From Thermoanaerobaculia bacterium (GTDB lineage Bacteria > Acidobacteriota > Thermoanaerobaculia > Multivoradales > UBA5704): 64,000 nucleotides of DNA. The stretch covers positions 15,565 to 79,564 of the forward strand of contig DATARD010000198.1 of assembly GCA_036264355.1 (NCBI GenBank). The letters are read 5' to 3'. A program made the position numbers and the translations under genes. The notes beneath the pieces were generated by a model that did not search any database, had not been told where the DNA came from, and saw only the letters and a list, made by a program, of their open reading frames with translations. Shown here in pieces: positions 8,460 to 17,180 of this stretch; position 1 is the first letter of the stretch; every line of letters begins with the position of its first letter.

Positions 8460-11400
8460 ATGAACCCTGTCCGCGAGCCCGCGCCCCAGCTCCTGCACGA
8501 GATCTTCGAACGCACGGCCGAGCGCCTGCCGGACCGGATCGCGATCGAGATCCCCGCCCGCGGCTCGTCTCCACGCCGCCGGCTGACCTACGCCGAGGCC
8601 GACGGCCTCGCCAACGCCCTGGCGGCGCGCCTCGCGCCGCTCCTGTCTGGTGAAGGGACCCGCGAGAGCGTGGTGGCGATCGTCCTGCCGCGCCGCGACC
8701 ATCTCGTCTACGTGGCGCAACTGGCGGTGCTGAAAGCCGGTGGCGCCTATACCTGCATCGACCCGGGGATGCCGCCGGAGCGCGTCCGCTTCATCCTGGA
8801 AGACTCGCAGGCCGCCGCGGTCATCGCCTGCCCGGAATCGGACAGCCTGCTCGCCGCGCTCGAGTTTCCGGTCGACCGCCTGATTCTTCTGGACGAGCTG
8901 GATGATCTGGACGATCTGGACGAGGAACCGGCCGCTGCCGCTCCCCTTCCCCGCCGGCCGTGGCTCGCGCCGTCGACGCTCGCCTACGTGATCTACACCT
9001 CGGGCACCACCGGCCAGCCGAAGGGGGTGATGATCGAGCACCACAGCATCGTCATCCTGGTGCTCTCCGATCTCGAGACGTTCGGGCTCGCGCCCGGCGA
9101 CCGCGTCGGCCAGAGCTCGTCGGTCGCCTACGACTCCTCGGTCGAGGAGATCTGGCTCGCCTTCGCCGCCGGCGCGACGCTGGTGCTGATGGACGACGAC
9201 GTCGTGCGCCTCGGTCCGGACCTCGTGCCCTGGCTGCGTGCCGAGCGGATCAACGTCTTCTGCCCGCCGCCGACCCTCCTCCGTATGTGCGCCTGCGACG
9301 ACCCGGAGCGCGAGCTGCCGGACCTGCGCCTGCTCTATGTCGGTGGCGAGGAGCTGACCCCCGACGTCGCGAACCGCTGGGCGCCGGGCCGCCGGCTGGA
9401 GAACGGCTACGGCCCGACCGAGTGCACGGTCACCGTGGTGCGCGGGCCGGTGCGGGCCGGCGAGCCGGTGACCATCGGCCGGCCGGTGCGCGGCGCCCGC
9501 GCCTGGGTGCTCGACGAGACGCTGGAGGAAGCGGCGCCCGGCGAGAGCGGCGAGCTGTGCATCGGCGGCGAAGGTGTCGCGCGCGGCTATCTGAACCGGC
9601 CGGATCTGACCCACGAGAAGTTCGTCGAGCATCCACGCTGGGGGCGCGTCTACCGCACCGGCGACCGGGTGCGCCTCCTGCCCTCGGGCGACTTTCTCTA
9701 CCTCGGCCGCTCGGACGCGCAGGTGAAGATCCGCGGCCACCGCGTCGAGCTGTCGGCGATCGAGTCGGAGCTCTGCTCCTGCCCGGGAGTGCGCGCCGCG
9801 GCGTGCAAGGTGCAGGAGCTGGGAGCCGGCCATGCCCGGGAGCTGGTGGCTTTTCTGGTCGCCGAGCCCGGCGATCCCGATCCCAACGGGCGTCCGGATC
9901 CGGAGCGCCTGCGCTCGATGCTGCGGGCGCGGCTGCCGGAGCACATGGTGCCGGTGCGCTATGGCTTCGTCGAAGAGCTGCCGGTCAATCCGTCGAGCGG
10001 CAAGCTCAACCGCGCCGCGCTCCCCGACCTCCTTCCCGATCCGGAGCCGCACCGCGACCTCGTGCCGCCGCGCAGCCCGGCCGAGCAGCTCGTGGCGCGC
10101 GCTTTTTCGGATCACCTCCGGCGCGGCGCGCCGGTGTCGATCCACGACGACTTCTTCCTCGACCTCGGCGGCAACTCGCTGCTCGCCGCGGAGACGGTTT
10201 CCAGCCTGCGCAAGCAGGGGCTTACCGCCGCGCTCACCGTGCGCGACGTCTACGAGGCGCGCACCGTGGCGGGCGTGGCTTCGCGGGTCGTGCAGGCCAC
10301 CGGACCGGCTCATCCCGGCGAACGCCACCATGAGACACCGCGCACGCGGCCGTCGGCGTTCGCCGCGCCGGCGCAGCTCGCGTTGATCTTCGTCAAGCTC
10401 CTGATCGGCTCGCTGGCCGCCTGGCTCGCCGCGTTCCGCCTGCTGCCGGCGGTCGCGCGCGGTGCCGGCACCATCACCTTCCTGCTGCTGATCCCGGCCC
10501 TGGCGCTCGCCGCCATCGTGGTCTACGCACCGCTCGCGGTCCTCACGACGGTCGCGGCCAAGAAGCTGCTGATCGGCCGCTACCGCGCGGGCCGGCACCC
10601 CTATCTGGGGGGCTACCACCTGCGGAGCTGGATCGTGCAGCAGTTTGCGCGCGCCATCCCCTGGGAGGTGCTCGAAGGCACGGTGCTCAAGAACGCCGTC
10701 CTGCGCGCGCTCGGCGCGCGCATCGGCCAGGGCGTGCACATCCACCGCGGCGTCGATCTGCGCTCCGGCGGCTGGGATCTGCTCACCATCGGCGACGGCG
10801 CGACAATCGGCCGCGACGCTTCGCTGGGGCTGCTCGACTACGAGGACCAGGAGCTGATCCTCGGCCCGGTCACCATCGGCGCCGGCTGCACGCTCGACAC
10901 GCGGGCGCGGATGGCGCCGCACAGCGCGATGGAGCCGGGCGCCGTCCTGGCGGCGCTGGCGATGCTGCCGTCCTACGCGGTGATTCCCGCCGGCGAGATG
11001 TGGCACGGCGTTCCCGCGGCGTTCCAGGCCGCAGCGCCGCCGGAGCCCCCTCTCCCAGCCGGCATCCGGAGTTGGCCCGCGGCGCTGCACGGCGCGGCGC
11101 TGATGCTGGCGCGTTCCCTGGTGGCGCAGATCTCCTTCCTGCCGATGGTGGTGCTCGCGGTGGTCTTCGAACGCCTGTGGAACGCCCGCTGGATCGAAGC
11201 GCTCTATGCGCCGTCGAGCTTCGAGGCCGCGCCGATCGCGATCGCCCTGGGGATCACCGTCGCCGGCTTCTCGCTCGCCCTGCCGGTCGAAGCGATCGTC
11301 GTCCGCCTCCTCGGCACCATCCGGCCGGGCACCTATCCTCTCTATGGCTGGACGTCGCTGGCGATCTTCGTCAAGGAGAGAATGGTCGAGGCGGCGGGCA

Positions 11401-12518
11401 ACGGGCTCAGCGGCACGCTCCTCTGGCCGCGCTGGCTGCGCCTGGCCGGCATGCGGGTGGGAAGGAACTGCGAGATCAGCACGATCATGGAGGTGATCCC
11501 GGAATTGACCGCGGTCGGCGACGAGTGCTTCTTCGCCGACGGCATCTACCTCGGCCGGCCCTGGCTGCACCGCGGCACGATCACCTGCGGCCAGACGACG
11601 TTCGCGAGCAACACGTTCCTCGGCAACCATGTCGTCGTCCCCACCGGCGCCGAGCTGCCGCCCGGCATCCTGGTGGGCGTCTCTACCGTCGCCGACGCCG
11701 GCCGCACCCGGCCGGGCAGCTCGTGGTTCGGCAATCCCGCCTTCGAGCTGCCGCGGCGCGAGATCGTCGCGAGCGACCGCCGGCTCACCTACGACCCCGA
11801 GTGGTACCGCTACGCGGCGCGGGTCTTCTGGGAGGGCCTGCGCCTGCTGGTCCCGGTCCTGCCGGCGCTGCTCGGCATCCTGTGGCTCAAGATGCTGCCG
11901 CACTGGGAGGCCACGGAGACCCCTGTCAAATTCTTTACACTGACGCTGCCGGCCTTCACCGCCGCCGCGGGAGCGATCCTCCTCGCGCTCGTCCTCGGTT
12001 CCAAGTGGCTGCTCCTCGGGCGGGTCCGTGCCGGCCAGCATCCTTTGTGGTCGTGCTGGTGCAGCCGCTGGGATTTCCTCTACGTCCTCTGGGCCGCCTA
12101 TGTGCGCGGGAGCCTGACCAACTTCGACGGCACGCCGTTCATGGCCTGGTGGCTGCGCGCCCTGGGCTCCCGCATCGGCCGCCGCGTCGTGCTCGGCATC
12201 TCTTTCGCCCAGATCGTCGATCCCGACATGCTCGCGATCGGCGACGACGCCACCGTCTCCTGTCTCCTCCAGCTCCACAGCTTCGAAGACCGGGTGCTCA
12301 AGATCGCGCCCTCCCGGATCGGCGCCCGCTGCACCGTCGGCCACAACGCCGTGCTCCTCTACGGCGCCGACATCGGCGACGGCGCGCGGGTCGAGGACGG
12401 CAGCGTGGTGATGAAGCACGAGACTCTGCTTCCCGATCAATATTACGTCGGCTGCCCCACCCGTCCCGCCGCCGCGCCGGACGAAGCACGGCCGGTCCGC
12501 GCGTCGGCCGCGGCGTAG
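8460..12518 (+). CDS. Pls/PosA-type single-module NRPS (adenylation + carrier domain fused to a membrane-embedded triple hexapeptide-repeat polymerase region)
   Basis: A-domain cores: LAYVIYTSGTTGQPKGV, AYDSSVEE, NGYGPTECTV, GELCIGGEGVARGY, YRTGDRV, KIRGHRVEL, PSSGKLNR. Carrier motif FFLDLGGNSLLAAE. No HHxxxDG or thioesterase. Then TM helices alternate with three left-handed-beta-helix-like segments. Confidence 0.8.
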   Translation: MNPVREPAPQLLHEIFERTAERLPDRIAIEIPARGSSPRRRLTYAEADGLANALAARLAPLLSGEGTRESVVAIVLPRRDHLVYVAQLAVLKAGGAYTCIDPGMPPERVRFILEDSQAAAVIACPESDSLLAALEFPVDRLILLDELDDLDDLDEEPAAAAPLPRRPWLAPSTLAYVIYTSGTTGQPKGVMIEHHSIVILVLSDLETFGLAPGDRVGQSSSVAYDSSVEEIWLAFAAGATLVLMDDDVVRLGPDLVPWLRAERINVFCPPPTLLRMCACDDPERELPDLRLLYVGGEELTPDVANRWAPGRRLENGYGPTECTVTVVRGPVRAGEPVTIGRPVRGARAWVLDETLEEAAPGESGELCIGGEGVARGYLNRPDLTHEKFVEHPRWGRVYRTGDRVRLLPSGDFLYLGRSDAQVKIRGHRVELSAIESELCSCPGVRAAACKVQELGAGHARELVAFLVAEPGDPDPNGRPDPERLRSMLRARLPEHMVPVRYGFVEELPVNPSSGKLNRAALPDLLPDPEPHRDLVPPRSPAEQLVARAFSDHLRRGAPVSIHDDFFLDLGGNSLLAAETVSSLRKQGLTAALTVRDVYEARTVAGVASRVVQATGPAHPGERHHETPRTRPSAFAAPAQLALIFVKLLIGSLAAWLAAFRLLPAVARGAGTITFLLLIPALALAAIVVYAPLAVLTTVAAKKLLIGRYRAGRHPYLGGYHLRSWIVQQFARAIPWEVLEGTVLKNAVLRALGARIGQGVHIHRGVDLRSGGWDLLTIGDGATIGRDASLGLLDYEDQELILGPVTIGAGCTLDTRARMAPHSAMEPGAVLAALAMLPSYAVIPAGEMWHGVPAAFQAAAPPEPPLPAGIRSWPAALHGAALMLARSLVAQISFLPMVVLAVVFERLWNARWIEALYAPSSFEAAPIAIALGITVAGFSLALPVEAIVVRLLGTIRPGTYPLYGWTSLAIFVKERMVEAAGNGLSGTLLWPRWLRLAGMRVGRNCEISTIMEVIPELTAVGDECFFADGIYLGRPWLHRGTITCGQTTFASNTFLGNHVVVPTGAELPPGILVGVSTVADAGRTRPGSSWFGNPAFELPRREIVASDRRLTYDPEWYRYAARVFWEGLRLLVPVLPALLGILWLKMLPHWEATETPVKFFTLTLPAFTAAAGAILLALVLGSKWLLLGRVRAGQHPLWSCWCSRWDFLYVLWAAYVRGSLTNFDGTPFMAWWLRALGSRIGRRVVLGISFAQIVDPDMLAIGDDATVSCLLQLHSFEDRVLKIAPSRIGARCTVGHNAVLLYGADIGDGARVEDGSVVMKHETLLPDQYYVGCPTRPAAAPDEARPVRASAAA

Positions 12519-12582
12519 GGCCCTCCCCCCCGCCCTCCATAGGCGTGAATCCCAAAGTAGTGTCGAGACATCCAGCAAGAAC

Positions 12583-12821
12583 GCAGAGAAACCCGCTGCG
12601 TACGCCGAGAAACCAGAAAAATTCTCGGCACACTTCGCGAGTTGCACGACGCTCCAACGCAAAAAAGCAGAGAAACCATAGAGATACGCGGAGAAATAGC
12701 AGACGAAAGCAGAGAATATAGCGATGTAAGCAGAGAATCTCGGCCAGAAAGCAGAGAACTGCGCGGCGTGAGCCTTGGTTTGCAGCGCGGCAAGGGTGGA
12801 TTGCGGCGCGGATGCGGAGAA
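12583..12821. repeat. degenerate 21-nt-phased array of GC(A/C/G)GAGAA cores
   Basis: Cores start at 12583, 12604, 12667, 12688, 12709, 12730, 12751 and 12814. All have the same remainder modulo 21. Confidence 0.7.
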
Positions 12822-12949
12822 TTGCCGGATTGTCTCGACATCCGCGGAGGTGTCTCCCGGAGCCGAGCGCAGAGGGAGAGGCGAGACGGAGCGGGCAGTG
12901 GAGGAATGACGCGGGGGCCTGAAGGTTTGGTGTCCTGTATAGTCTCCCC

Positions 12950-13534
12950 ATGGCCTCGGAACCGAAACACCGGCTCACCGTCCAGGACTACCTGACGCTG
13001 GAGCGCCGCGAGGAAACGCGGAGCGAATACCTCGACGGCGAGATGTTCGCGATGGCCGGCGCCAGCCATGAGCACAACGTCATCGTCACCAATCTCGTCG
13101 CGGCTCTGCGCCCCCAACTCCGAGCCCGTGGCTGCACCCTGTATGCCAACGACATGCGGGTGCGGACGCCGACCGACTTCCTGGCCTATCCCGACGTCAT
13201 GGCCCTGTGCGGGGAGCGGCGGTTCGACGATCCCCGGCGTGACACGATCCTCAATCCGACGCTGATCATCGAGGTTCTCTCGCCGTCCACCGAAGAATAC
13301 GACCGCGGCACGAAGCTCCCTCATTTTCGCGAGATCGCCTCGCTCTCCGAGGCGCTGCTGATCGCGCAGGACAGGCCACACGTGGAGCACTACATCCGGC
13401 AGGCAAGAGACCGCTGGCTGTTGATCGAGATCAGCGATGCTCTTCACACCCTCGAGCTGCCGTCCATCGGCTGCAAGCTGTCCCTCTCGGATGTCTATGA
13501 GGACGTATTCGAGGACGCGCCGGGCCTGACCTAA
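12950..13534 (+). CDS. Uma2-family (DUF820) restriction-endonuclease-fold protein
   Basis: Typical layout LTVQDYLTLE…SEYLDGEMFAMAGASHEHNVIV…PDVMAL…NPTLIIEVLSPST…DRGTKLPHF. Confidence 0.85.
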   Translation: MASEPKHRLTVQDYLTLERREETRSEYLDGEMFAMAGASHEHNVIVTNLVAALRPQLRARGCTLYANDMRVRTPTDFLAYPDVMALCGERRFDDPRRDTILNPTLIIEVLSPSTEEYDRGTKLPHFREIASLSEALLIAQDRPHVEHYIRQARDRWLLIEISDALHTLELPSIGCKLSLSDVYEDVFEDAPGLT

Positions 13535-13612
13535 AGGCTCATTCACCGCCCACGTTTGCCTCCTCCGCCGTCCCTCTGCTAGGGTTCTGCTCTCTCAAAG
13601 GAGACAGAATCC

Positions 13613-13801
13613 ATGGCGAGACGAGGCGGTTTCAGGACGCAGGCTCCGAAGCAGGCTACGCTGGGAATCTCCGTCGTCCTCTGGCTGATCGGGCTTCTGA
13701 ACGGGCTCCGGGTCATCGCTCTGCCCAACAACCTTGGATTCTGGGCGCTGGTCGTCGCAGGCGCTCTGCTCATCCTCGGTTGCCTGATCGACGGGCTGTA
13801 G
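13613..13801 (+). CDS. small two-helix membrane protein
   Basis: AAGGAGA 8 nt upstream of ATG. Two hydrophobic helices (ISVVLWLIGLLNGL, FWALVVAGALLILGCLI). Confidence 0.5.
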   Translation: MARRGGFRTQAPKQATLGISVVLWLIGLLNGLRVIALPNNLGFWALVVAGALLILGCLIDGL

Positions 13802-13815
13802 GCCCGACCGGGAGC

Positions 13816-14024
13816 TCAATCCGCCCCAGGGCAAGTTCAATCTGCCCCAGGGCAAGTTCAATCCGCCCCAGGGAAAGTTCAATTCGCCCAGGGCAAGTTC
13901 AATCCGCCCCAGGGCAAGTTCAATCCGGACGAGGGCAAGTTCAATCCTGAACGAGGCGGATTGAATCCTGAGCGGGGCATCTTCGACCGGCAGAGGGCCC
14001 GCTTCGATCCTGAGAGGGGCGCGA
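13816..14024. repeat. tandem 21-nt repeat, about 10 units (consensus tcaatccgccccagggcaagt), decaying toward the right
   Basis: Units start at 13816, 13837, 13858, 13879 (20 nt), 13899, 13920, 13941, 13962, 13983 and 14004. The array lies between convergent genes. Confidence 0.9.
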
Positions 14025-14043
14025 GTCGCAGGCGGCGTGACGC

Positions 14044-14961
14044 TCAGGTCAGGACGTTGCGCAACGCCGTCCGCCCCTCGCGGACGAGGTCGGCATCGCC
14101 CACGTCGGCGCCATAGACCAGGATCGCCACCGCCGAGAAGAGGGCCCGGAAGCGGGCCTTCTTCCAGATGGGCTCGGCGATGGGTCCATACTCCGCGCGG
14201 AAGGCATCCCGTGCCGCCGCGGGCAGGAAGCCGCAGGCGAGAGACAGGTCGATCGCCGGATCGCCCAGGTGGACGTCCCCCCAGTCGATGACGCCGCACG
14301 GCGCGCCCGCGTCGTCCACCAGCACATGCCGCGCGTAGAGATCCCCATGCACCAGAACCGGCCCGTCGGAAGGCAACCCCGCCGGCATCGACTCGGCGAT
14401 CTCCCGCCACCGGCTGACGTCACCCAGCAGGCCCTGCGCCGCCAAGCCGTCCAGGCGCTCCAGAACCGCTCCGCGCCGCGCCTCCACGTCCATGCGAGCC
14501 ATCGTGTCCGGCCCCACACCTGCCCCGGACGCCACCGCGGAAGGAATCGCGTGCAGCGCGCGCAGAAAACGGCCGAGAGGCGCCGCGGCCCGCACCCGTT
14601 GATCGTCCGAAAGATCCGCCCGGCACGCCGTCTGTCCGGAGAGCCGCCGGTATCCTGCGAACGGCCAGGGAAACCGCTCCTCGGGCTCGCCGGAAAAAAC
14701 CGGCAGGGGGATGGGGAGAGGCAACCGCGGAGCGATCACCGGGAGCACCGCCACTTCCGTCCGGATCAGCTCGACCGCGATCGTGCGGCGAGGAAACCGG
14801 AAGATCCATTCTCCATTGACCAGGTAGGCAACGTTGTCCCACCCCTCGCTCGGCGCCTCGACGCCCACCGGCGCCAACTCCGGGAACTGATCTTCAATCA
14901 GATCCCGCGCCAGCTCGGGGGCTACGCTGCGCTCAGCGGTCCAGGGCGGGGGCGCGGTCAT
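14044..14961 (-). CDS. aminoglycoside-phosphotransferase (APH)-family kinase
   Basis: Brenner/APH motifs VLVHGDLYARHVLV and GVIDWGDVHLGDPAIDL. N-terminal GWDNVAYLV nucleotide-binding-lobe pattern. Confidence 0.85.
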   Translation of the reverse strand: MTAPPPWTAERSVAPELARDLIEDQFPELAPVGVEAPSEGWDNVAYLVNGEWIFRFPRRTIAVELIRTEVAVLPVIAPRLPLPIPLPVFSGEPEERFPWPFAGYRRLSGQTACRADLSDDQRVRAAAPLGRFLRALHAIPSAVASGAGVGPDTMARMDVEARRGAVLERLDGLAAQGLLGDVSRWREIAESMPAGLPSDGPVLVHGDLYARHVLVDDAGAPCGVIDWGDVHLGDPAIDLSLACGFLPAAARDAFRAEYGPIAEPIWKKARFRALFSAVAILVYGADVGDADLVREGRTALRNVLT

Positions 14962-15415
14962 TTCCGCCGTCGGCTTCGTCGAGAGCCACCCGGTCCTTGA
15001 GGCGCCTGATCATCGCGGCGTTGATCCTGCGGGCGATCGGAGCCCAGTCATACCAGTCGATCATCGCTTTCGCCTTGAAACGGGACCAGAGACCGGCCTC
15101 TCGCTCGAAAAGGAGAACACCGTCGCGGGTCATCTCGAAGCGCAAGAGAGGAGGGGCCTCATCGAGGAGGATCACATGGACCGGACGGCGAGCGGCTCGC
15201 CCCAACTGGGCCTCGACCTCGAAACGAAGCGCCGGACTGTAGGGATCGAGCAAGATTCCGAGGTCGACGTCGCTGCCGGGCCGGTCCGTGCCGCGAGCCG
15301 TCGAGCCGAACAGGATCGCCATTTGAAGCTCCGGCCGATTGCGCATCTGTCCGCGGAGCTTTTCCACCAAGTCCATGGCCTTCATCCTATCTGAAGGTGG
15401 CACGACCGCGGTCAT
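14933..15415 (-). CDS. nucleotidyltransferase-domain protein (MNT / pol-beta superfamily)
   Basis: LFGSTARGTDRPGSDVDLGILL (GSx10-12DxD). Its ATG at 15415 overlaps the upstream stop (ATGA). Its 3' end overlaps the APH start by 29 nt. Confidence 0.7.
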   Translation of the reverse strand: MTAVVPPSDRMKAMDLVEKLRGQMRNRPELQMAILFGSTARGTDRPGSDVDLGILLDPYSPALRFEVEAQLGRAARRPVHVILLDEAPPLLRFEMTRDGVLLFEREAGLWSRFKAKAMIDWYDWAPIARRINAAMIRRLKDRVALDEADGGNDRAPALDR

Positions 15416-16122
15416 GGCTCCGCCTTGCGCCGCTCTTGGACCAGCCTCCCCACCTCCCAGGGCACCAACAAGATCAACATCGCCACCGAGACCAGCAGGA
15501 TGATGGGGACCAGTCTCAGCGGCCAGGGGCCGAGGACGTCGATGAGGCTCGGCTGATCGGGCCGCGCCCTGCCGACGTAGCCGTAGTTCCACCCGAAGGC
15601 GAGATCGAGGGCGAGCGCCAGGGTCAGGTACATCCAGGCGCCGAGGTAGGCGTAGCGGAAGTCTTTCCAGGTGGGCCGGAAGCGGCGGGCCGCGAGGTCG
15701 TACAGCGCGGTGCCGATGATCGTGCCGTGAAAGATCCAGAAGATCCAGAACCCGGGCTTCCCCGGGCCGTCCTTGAGATCCGGCGTGAAGATACCCTGGG
15801 AGCTCAAGGCCAGGCCCCAGAAGTAGAGGACGGCGCGCAGCGGGCGCCACGCCGTGAGCAGCACCAGCGGCACGGCCAGCGAAGTCAGATTGCAGAGCTG
15901 AAACGGAAAGGAGTACCGGGGGTCGAAATGCCCGGGCAGCAGACGCCACACCGTCGCGCCGACCCAGAGAGCCAGGACGAAGCCCGCGAACGCGATCTCC
16001 CCACGCGCCGGCGGAGCGTCGTGCGCACGCCGCCGCCGGAGCGCGACGGCCACCAGGGTGACCATCAGAAGCGCCGCGACCGTCGCGGCATGCATCCCGG
16101 AGAAGGGGCGGAAGGTGTCCAC
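15412..16122 (-). CDS. integral membrane protein, TIGR02206/YwaF-like
   Basis: About 7 TM helices. SFPFQLCNLTS resembles the conserved FP(L/F)xLC motif I recall for that family. Confidence 0.6.
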   Translation of the reverse strand: MDTFRPFSGMHAATVAALLMVTLVAVALRRRRAHDAPPARGEIAFAGFVLALWVGATVWRLLPGHFDPRYSFPFQLCNLTSLAVPLVLLTAWRPLRAVLYFWGLALSSQGIFTPDLKDGPGKPGFWIFWIFHGTIIGTALYDLAARRFRPTWKDFRYAYLGAWMYLTLALALDLAFGWNYGYVGRARPDQPSLIDVLGPWPLRLVPIILLVSVAMLILLVPWEVGRLVQERRKAEP

Positions 16123-16137
16123 CGCGTCCTCGGTCTC

Positions 16138-17097
16138 CTACGGCAGGAGCTTGAAGACGTCGATGATGATGGAGTCGTCGAGGATGCCCGCGTTCCGCGC
16201 GTACGGCTGCTGCGCTCCCGCCCGGGTCAGGCCGTACATGACCTCCAAGGTTCGCAGGAGGTTGACGTGGGTGATCCCTTTGCCCTCGGCATACTCGCCG
16301 GCCTTGATGTGGGCCCCGGCGAAAATGGTGGCGATGCGGTTGCGCTTGCGCGGGTCCGGCGAGGCGGGATTGGTCAGGCCGATCGGCCCGTGGTCGTTCT
16401 CGTCGAAGGTGACGATGAGCAGGCTCTTGTGCTGCTTCGCCCATTGGTAGTAGCCGTCGAGGTGCTGCTTCAGCCACTGGTCCCCGGCGGTGATGCTCGC
16501 GGGGATGCTCCCGTTGTGCATGTCATGGACGAGGTTCGGGATGACGAACGACACAGTGGGAAGGGTGGAGTAGTCCTGCGGGAGCTCCGTCAACGGCGCA
16601 TTCGCCGCGCGCGGGACGTTGCTGAAGCTGACCCAGGGGGCGTGCTTGCGCGCATAGAGCCCCGCCTTGTGGACCCGCGATCCGGCGGCCGGCAGGTCTT
16701 CGGAGTAGCCCTTGAACGTGCGGCCGGCCTGGAACAGCTCCGACGCCAGATTCGGCTCCCCGATGGGATCGTCGGGCACCAGGTCGAAGTATCCGACGCC
16801 CTGGTTGCTGCCGGAGAAGAGCCAGAAGTAGTTCCCCTCGCTGTGGTGCTCCTCCGCATACATCTGCGTGAAGCTCGCCCCTTCAGCTTTCAGGGAGTTG
16901 ATATACGGCGCCGCGGCGCTGCCGATGATCTCCTCGTAGTCCTTGTTCTCCTCGACCACGATGACCACATGGTCGTAGACCGGCTTCCCCACCGGCCAGG
17001 GGATCTTCGGAGCAGGGGTGGCCGCCTGGGCCGATTTGCGGTGACAAGCCGGGAGAAGGATGAGAGCGAGAGCGAGGAGGAGGTAGATGCGCTTCAT
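16138..17097 (-). CDS. lipoprotein, phosphoesterase family (acid phosphatase / phospholipase C-like)
   Basis: Lipobox LLPAC. DHVVIVVEENKDYEEI, HHSEGNYFWLFSG and IVTFDENDH resemble phosphoesterase-family motifs. Confidence 0.75.
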   Translation of the reverse strand: MKRIYLLLALALILLPACHRKSAQAATPAPKIPWPVGKPVYDHVVIVVEENKDYEEIIGSAAAPYINSLKAEGASFTQMYAEEHHSEGNYFWLFSGSNQGVGYFDLVPDDPIGEPNLASELFQAGRTFKGYSEDLPAAGSRVHKAGLYARKHAPWVSFSNVPRAANAPLTELPQDYSTLPTVSFVIPNLVHDMHNGSIPASITAGDQWLKQHLDGYYQWAKQHKSLLIVTFDENDHGPIGLTNPASPDPRKRNRIATIFAGAHIKAGEYAEGKGITHVNLLRTLEVMYGLTRAGAQQPYARNAGILDDSIIIDVFKLLP

Positions 17098-17180
17098 GAG
17101 GAGCACTCTACTACGGCCCGTTTTCAGATAAAGTCCCCCACTGCCTTGCGGCCCTTTTTTTGGATGACGGAGGTGGACTG

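Noticed and set aside
8313-12662. 1449-aa minus-strand ORF antisense to the NRPS gene. Similar giants occur at 34696..38418 (-) and 42127..44994 (-).
   Set aside because: The products are Arg/Gly/Ala/Asp-rich with no recognisable motifs. The opposite strand encodes proteins with clear domain motifs. This is typical stop-codon-poor antisense of GC-rich genes.
13816-14024. Possible CRISPR arrays (also considered for 55181-55495 and 12583-12821).
   Set aside because: The units are contiguous 21-nt direct repeats with no unique spacers of 25-40 nt and no palindromic repeat core. No cas genes are in the window.
13595-14410. 271-aa minus-strand ORF spanning the 21-nt array B.
   Set aside because: It overlaps both the small membrane-protein gene and the well-supported APH gene out of frame. 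Its product is Arg/Gly-rich, and only the repeat part has any regularity.
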